Shown here piece after piece: positions 48,949 through 51,949 of a DNA stretch of 51,949 nt. The stretch comes from Hyphochytrium catenoides. Its lineage: Eukaryota; Protista; Hyphochytriomycota. The stretch lies in contig FLMG01000960.1 of assembly GCA_900088475.1 (NCBI GenBank), forward strand, positions 1 through 51,949. The letters are read 5' to 3'. The notes beneath the pieces were generated by a model. The model had not been told where the DNA came from, ran no database searches, and saw only the letters and a list, made by a program, of their open reading frames with translations. The position numbers and the translations under genes are program-made. Position 1 is the first letter of the stretch, and every line of letters begins with the position of its first letter.

Positions 48949-51363
48949 GTGCAGCGGCAGGGGTGGGAGAGACTTTGCTTATGGGCCTTGGTTCAGAGAA
49001 GTTCGGGTCCTTCGACTTCGCCTTCATATAGGCTCTGTTGCCATTGAAGTCATCATGAAATCTCGCAAAGCAATCCTTCCCATCCGTCCATCTCTGCTTA
49101 TCGCAGAGACCAACCCTGCAAACACTGCATTCGTAAGTGGTCTTCGCACTGTGGCCCAGTATTGCGTAGCAAACTGCGCAATGCCTCCTCCTAGTGTCAC
49201 CGGACTTGGTAGTACCATCAATCTTGACCATCGATGTGACCATCGAACGCTTGGAGACGGGCAGGGCTTTGAAAGCGATAGGAAGGTCTCTCTCTGCTTT
49301 CGCCAAGGTAATCCTCGGCACAATTCAACACGAGGCTTGCAAGCTTCTGGGTAAAGAGCCCATGACCCATATGTTTAGGGTGCTTTTGGGAATGCCAAAC
49401 GCCATAAGATGTAAGCATTTACAATCGTCATATCTAGTAGACCAAGGAAGACCTGCAGATACCTTAGAGAAGGACATTAAAAAATTTGGTGACGAGTCAG
49501 TCACTTCTTAACCCACAGGCATCATAGACCGTATCACTTACCACCTTCTGAATGTAAACGACCTTTGGACGAGGTATCTTGCTAGCCGAAGTTGGTCATG
49601 TATGTCGACTCCGCCAATTCCTTCGTGATAGGCTCTGATATTCTCAGTAGCGGTGATGTTCTTCTTCTCCTTTCCATCATCCCTTCGCATCACCACAGTT
49701 GACTTGTTCGACAAGCCCGTAGAGATAAGATGGACGGGTTTGTTATCCCACCAGGCCACAGCAGAGAGCTCGTCGATTGTCTTCGTCGACCGTGCTCTGA
49801 TAAAGGAGCCCCATTGTTGTGTCTTCGAGGTCTTCATAATAAGCGCTGGACGGAAAGCCAAGTCTATTTGTCATGATGGTACCGACCGCATAGAACCCCA
49901 TGGACGACAAGAGCTGGATGAAGAGTATGATGACTGACGTATAAAATCGATGACAAGCGACATTAATTGTTGTCCTCTTCCCATCATACAATATCTAGAT
50001 CGGTTACCTATTTGCATATGACGATCCTCTTCAGCTCACTGTTCGGATTGACGAGGTATGCGAGGTTTCTCACAACGGCAGCAGGACCAGTCTTTGTGTC
50101 ATCTTTTTCACCATTAGCAAAGGAGGCCTTCCGTCCTGTGTAGATCTCGAAATTGGGACAGTATGCTGTCACTGCACAGCAGACCTGGAGAGAAATGGCG
50201 GATGAGTTAGCATATAACAATGCCGCTAAGGTCCAGAGCGTAGTACCATAAACAACTTATTAGCCCCTCACTTGTGCGGCTTCATAGGGTTGTTGTACTG
50301 TCGCAGCGGATTAGATCTAGACGAGTTCGGCAGAGTTCCTTCGTCAAAAGAGAGTCGACAGCCTAGTTCGATTCCCTCTCTGAAGGTATGACGGATTGTG
50401 TCAACAACTGGCCTTAACTTCCACAGGGGATCTGTCTTGGCTTCTGGGGCGTTGTTATCCGAGAAATGTAAATACTTATTACAGATCTCAAAGAATCTGA
50501 GTAATGAAGAATTAATAATAAGAAGCCAGTCTCGTTCCAACAAGCAGCTGTTGATGTACTCCGAACCTGTCTCTAGTCATGTAGGCACCGAAGGTACCTG
50601 CAGGAATGGCATTCATCACGCACCTTCTCCACCGTCCAATGGAGCTTCAAGCCTCTTTTGTTGGGGCAAAGAGCACGAGATATGCATAACCCGAAGAATA
50701 TCATCAACTCCTTGGGAGTCACCGCCTTGAACCTCCTTGGGATACCTTCCTTCTCGCCATACCGATTGGTCTCCTTCACGACGCCTTTCCAGAAAACCAG
50801 AAGCTGAGGGGTAGGAAGAACATGAGCAAGCAGCCGCAAAGGATCTGAGATAGCCTCAGCAGCTCTTAGAGCACACTTCGAACAAAAGACAATGGTGTGC
50901 TCTATAATGAGCTCCTTTGAGAGACCCTTGATGACAAAGGTGGTTCGATTATCATCAGAATGCAGTTGACCATCGTCCAACGTGATGACAAAGGTGGTTC
51001 GATTGTCATCAGAATGCAGTTGACCATCGTCCAACGTGATTCATCATTAGCAGGGAAGTCCTCCCATAATTCATCATTAGCAGGGAAGTCCTTACCGCCA
51101 GCATAAGTTGTCAAGTCATCCTTGGACAAGAAGAGACGCTGCGCTGGAATAGAGATGGGCACGTCCAAGTAAGGATTCCGGGAAACTCTCTTCTTTCCCT
51201 TGTCGCTCCGAGTTTTCCGCTGTTGGTGCTGATTATCACCGTCTTCCTCGTCATCAGCAGGAGGCTGCCTGCTACCGGTACTACTTCCTAGTGGCTCCAT
51301 GATTTGACACAGCCGCTGACGACGGCACACCAGCACAGCGACTTTCTTATTGCTATGGTACAA
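48750..51363 (-). mobile_element. Decayed piggyBac-like (PGBD, DDE_Tnp_1_7) transposase pseudogene with introns
   Basis: MTRDRF..YLHFSDN, DPLWKLRPVVD, LSFDEG, KPHK*G..KLFM-VCCAVTAYC.NFEIYTG, GPAAVVRNL, RFYTSV, VGTIMTNRLG, WWDNKPVHLIST, GGVDIHDQLRL, FLGLLDMTIVNAYI, and C-terminal CAVC..YECSVC..LC..CFARFH. Contains frameshifts and stops; TIRs not identified. Confidence 0.93.
50930..51092. repeat. Two adjacent tandem duplications (54 bp x2; ~30 bp x2) in the transposase 5' region
   Basis: gatgacaaaggtggttcgatt(a/g)tcatcagaatgcagttgaccatcgtccaacgt x2; attcatcattagcagggaagtcct repeated with a 30-bp period. Confidence 0.93.
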
Positions 51364-51949
51364 TCAAGTCGTTGACGATATGAGGAGCAACTAACCACTG
51401 ATTGTTCCAGCCGGCACCGCGCTAGAGATCTGCTTCTTCAATAACATGGTGATGATGGTCGCGAGACGGGATGCTCCATCTTCTGACGATGACCATCATC
51501 AATCACACATGGTGCTGCTGCGGCTACTGGTGGTGATGATGGTTGCTGGTGGCGGTGGGCAGCAGGAGCAATCGCACCTGCGCGAAAATATTTACCAGAA
51601 AGGGAAAGAAAGCTCGTCCTTGGGGTGTTGAAGGCCTTTATTGGCTTTGTCCATGTGCTGATGGAGCTTGGGCTTGCTTGCGTGGTGGGCTAGCTAGTTA
51701 GCTGGTCATGTCAGAATCCCCTGTCCTTTGTGGTTAGACAATGAGTTAGCGGGGCTTGACAGGGTTAGTGTAGACCACTTTTTATGATGTTGAGAGTAGG
51801 CTGTCTGCGGAGAAGTTGTGCCTAAGTGATTGTCAAGACCCGCAAGAGCGAAATGATCTTTGTGCTCGCGTGCCTTGCAGGTAGAATGCTAAATAATAAG
51901 GAGCACCTATCCAGCGAGCGAACCCTGTCCTGCAAACAACTTTATTGAT

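Noticed and set aside
50268-50270. TGA at a conserved Trp (KPHKWG), suggesting TGA=Trp recoding
   Set aside because: It lies in a frameshifted pseudogene; intact genes here use TGG for Trp and end in TGA, TAG or TAA
51755-51770. gggttag (and ttaaccc at 49508) as piggyBac termini
   Set aside because: No matching partner TIR or clean TTAA target duplication could be identified

Overview
Intron-rich eukaryotic nuclear DNA read with the standard genetic code, with mostly short GT-AG introns, CT/AG microsatellites and three N-gaps. The gene families point to a flagellated stramenopile, probably oomycete-like (inference). I reconstructed eleven spliced protein genes by hand: DGAT2; a C2 + Dzip-like_N + multi-EF-hand protein; a low-complexity unknown protein; DOLPP1; a Cys-rich type I membrane protein; an FCP1-like HAD phosphatase; a coiled-coil protein; HAUS6; an ARM-repeat protein; an Ig-like + teneurin-type EGF protein; and p23. 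There is also a head-to-head pair of tRNA-Ser(AGA) genes and a decayed intron-containing piggyBac-like transposase. Most notable: (1) a ~240-bp foldback of the transposase 3' end, resembling a Mu killer-type hairpin silencer; (2) recurrent 3-bp tandem duplications in dead sequence; (3) a probable GA-AG intron; (4) an in-frame, Cys-conserving EGF duplicate directly after a TAG stop. All exon models and family assignments are by eye and from memory of motifs; no searches were run.
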